This document shows positions 21,300 through 24,387 of a DNA stretch of 24,387 nucleotides, piece by piece. The translations under genes and the position numbers were made by a program. Location of the stretch: contig JANKJI020000002.1 in the NCBI GenBank assembly GCA_024626585.2, positions 184,864,510 to 184,888,896 on the forward strand, in the 5' to 3' direction. The notes under the pieces are model-generated. The model saw nothing but the letters and a program-made list of their open reading frames with translations, made no database searches and was not told the origin of the DNA. The DNA comes from Ginkgo biloba. Its lineage: Eukaryota; Plantae; Ginkgophyta. How positions within the stretch are numbered: position 1 is the stretch's first letter; each line of letters starts with the position of its first letter.

Positions 21300-23864
21300 T
21301 AGAGTATTAAGGTGAAGGATGTTCTTGTTGATTTTGGATTAAAAGTCAATATAATGTGTTTAGAGATGTGGAGAGATATGGTATGGCCACAAATTATGCA
21401 TTCCAAAATTAATATCAAGACATTTAATCAACATCAAGTTACTCCAATAGGTAAATTAATAAACGTCAAGATATCTTACAAAAGTTTAGAAGTATAATTG
21501 AATTTTAAAGTGATACCACTATTGAATAAAGGTAATTTCTATAGAGTTTTGTTAAGGAGACCTTAGATTAATTCCCTGAGAGGATCCATAAGTTTAGAGA
21601 AGGATCAAATTAAATTTAAATAAGGAAAAACATAGTTATATATTCCTATGAATAGGAATAAGAAAGTGCTTGAAATTATCAAAGATGATAAAAGTTCTTC
21701 TAAACTCGAGTAGGAAGAAAGTATTAAATCTAACCAAGATATAAAAAATATGTACAATTGTGTTAAAGAGGAATTAAATTGATGATGAAGGTGTGTTGAG
21801 TTTTGGTAGTGCAGGCTATAAGATTATTGATTATGACTATTTGGTTAGAAAATGAAAAGATTAAATTCATGAGATGCATTATTTTGACAACTATAAAATA
21901 ATACCTAAAGAGGAGTTAGGATTGAAGTTCCAATAAAAAGTATTTGATGGAAGATCATATGACATGGATCATTTGAACTAGTTTTTTTATTTGACCAAAG
22001 AATATGAGATTGAATAAATATTTGCATTGTTTGAGTTTAAGGGACCAAGAAAGTAGGTGGTGGAAGGTTCATCACAAATATTTGACGAATTGGAGTATTG
22101 AAAAGGTGTTATTCTTAGCTAGATTTCACAGAGTTAAGACTAGGTTAATGAATTTATAATATGATGGAAATAAATGTCCTAAATAATTCTTAAACAAATA
22201 TGAGATGACATGGGATAAATATCATGCAATAATAGAAATAGATAAGAGACAACTCAAAATAAATACTCTCGATCTATAATATATAATATACCTTAGAAAT
22301 GTTATACTCATCTACAAACTAGAGGAGAAGTTGAATATTGAGATAAACTACATAAAGTATTGATAGAATTGTGTTATCAAGAACATACATAGTTAAATGA
22401 TATTTTATAGTCTATGAAGTGAAACATGGTAAATTTTTAATTTATTACTAAATATGTTTTTAATGGTGGTGATCAAAGATAATGAGTCGCTAATTCCAAA
22501 AAAGTTCATCAAAGAATAAGTGAAGATAAAGAAGTACTAAAGAAACTNNNNNNNNNNNNNNNNNNNNNNNNNNNNNNNNNNNNNNNNNNNNNNNNNNNNN
22601 NNNNNNNNNNNNNNNNNNNNNNNNNNNNNNNNNNNNNNNNNNNNNNNGAGTTTTTGAAACATTATTTTTTAGATTGTTGACTTGATGAATTGGTTAAGGA
22701 ATGGGAAGATGAGATATATGAGATGCACTATTTTGACAGGCATAAAATAATAGTTGAAGATGATGAAGAGGAACTAAGAATGAGGTTGTAAGAAAGAGTA
22801 TTTGATAAAGGATCATATGTAAATAAGCATCTAAATTATTTTCAAAGTTAACCAAGGATTTGGATTTTGAAGAAAGGACTGCATTATTTCAATATACTTT
22901 AAGAGACTAAGCAAGTAGGTGATTCAGGGTTCATCACAAGTACTTCAAAGAATAGAGTACTGAAAAGATATTATTATTTGATAAATTTGATAGAGTGAAG
23001 TCTAGATTAATGAAATTGTAGTATGATGCAAAAGAATGTCCTAAAAAATTCTTGTGGAAAGTAGAGTTGACATGGGAAAAGTATCATATAGTTATAGATA
23101 TAGATAAGAGTTTGTTAAAGATTACTCCTCTTGGGTATGTATTATATGGCATATCTTACGAATCATACACTCATATAAAGAGTATGAGAGAAGTTGAAGA
23201 TTGATAAAAGATACATAATAAGATAAATGAGTTGTGATATCAAGAGGAAAGTTAGTCTACTGAAATTTTATATTATGTAAAATAGAAGATGGTAAACTTT
23301 ATATTTCATAAAGTTTTATTGAAGAAATATGTGATAGCAGTGATTGAGGAATCTAAGAAACTGATTCTAGATCACTTCATGGGAGAAGAAGTGAAGGATA
23401 AAAAGGTTCTAGAGAAGCTATCAAGCTTGGCTACAAACTGACCTAATTAAAATCCATAAATAATAAAGACTCTTAAACTTGGAAAAGAGGACGAGACTAA
23501 GACCATTGAGGTTGGATATTATTAGGATGAAAATACTATTACTATGGCTTGCAAGGTCTTTAGAGAATATGTTGATGTATTTGTATGGGCATATAAATAT
23601 TTCAAGGGAATTTTACCTAAGATCGGATAATTGAGAATATAATTGGAAGAAGAAGCTAAATAGACAAGGCAACGACCTTATTGAAGTACAAGAATATGTT
23701 TGAGAAGAGATTATCAAACTATTATATGCAAGAATTTATCTAGTAGGGAAAAGGGAATGGTTATCCCTAATTGTTATTTCCAAGAAAAAGAATGGTAAGT
23801 TGAGAATCTATGTTAATTTCATAAAGCCAAATAATGTAATTAAGAAGGATCCATTTCCAATATA
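21300..23864 (+). mobile_element. Ty3/gypsy (Tat-like, gymnosperm-type) pol remnant: protease - Gag-like insert (two copies) - RT N-terminus
   Basis: Protease VLVDFGLKVNIM...TPIG...VLLRRP* (21312-21640). Pre-RT VGYY*DENTIT...EYVDVFVWAY...RQRPY. RT EEIIKLL...EWLSLIVISKKKNGKLRIYVNF...KKDPFPI (to 23864). Confidence 0.9.
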
Positions 23865-24387
23865 NNNNNNNNNNNNNNNNNNNNNNNNNNNNNNNNNNNN
23901 NNNNNNNNNNNNNNNNNNNNNNNNNNNNNNNNNNTGCGAGTAAGTAAAGGAATTGTTGCATACCATGACAAAATGTAGAAATCAAAGGAAAGGGCCAATG
24001 CACCCAACTTGGTAAACTTGTGCAACAAGTTGAAAATAGCATGTAGTTACAAAATCCACATCATAAAGCAAGAAATGATAAAATTTATGAAGGTATTTGA
24101 AAGAACGATGAATAAGATATGTCGCCACTTAGAGAAAAAAGCGAGAAAAGCAATATTTCTCTTTAGTTAGCAAAAAAGGCAAAAAATCACAGTTAGATAG
24201 ATCTCAACAATCACAACTAAAATCATAGTTACCTAACAAAGATACAAGTAACCAATGCACGATGTACAAACACCTTAACATAATGAATACTAAATTGCAC
24301 AAATTAATGCCATAAATAAGTAGTTTTAAATCAAATAAATCACAATGCGATTCAGATATTGAAATATTTAGAGTAATTTCTGTAATT

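Overview
AT-rich eukaryotic draft-assembly window with many N-gaps. It is most consistent with a large-genome seed plant, probably a gymnosperm, judging from the retroelement families. The only host gene I can identify is an SNI1 homologue (SUPPRESSOR OF NPR1-1 INDUCIBLE 1, the plant SMC5/6 NSE6-like subunit) on the minus strand. Four consecutive exons at 5417-6878 splice in frame, using a GC donor at one intron and an AAG acceptor at another. Its first exon and C-terminal exons are not visible. Most of the rest is old, stop-riddled retroelement debris: L1 LINE, Ty1/copia RT-RNaseH, several Ty3/gypsy gag/protease/RT/integrase fragments, and LTR/PBS signatures. The most unusual structures are a Gag-capsid-like module between protease and RT of a gypsy pol (present in two diverged copies), an LTR flanked by both a PPT and a PBS, a tandemly duplicated gag, and an unexplained cluster of small exon-like segments at 19.7-20.2 kb. 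I see no support for CRISPR, RNA genes or any prokaryotic system.
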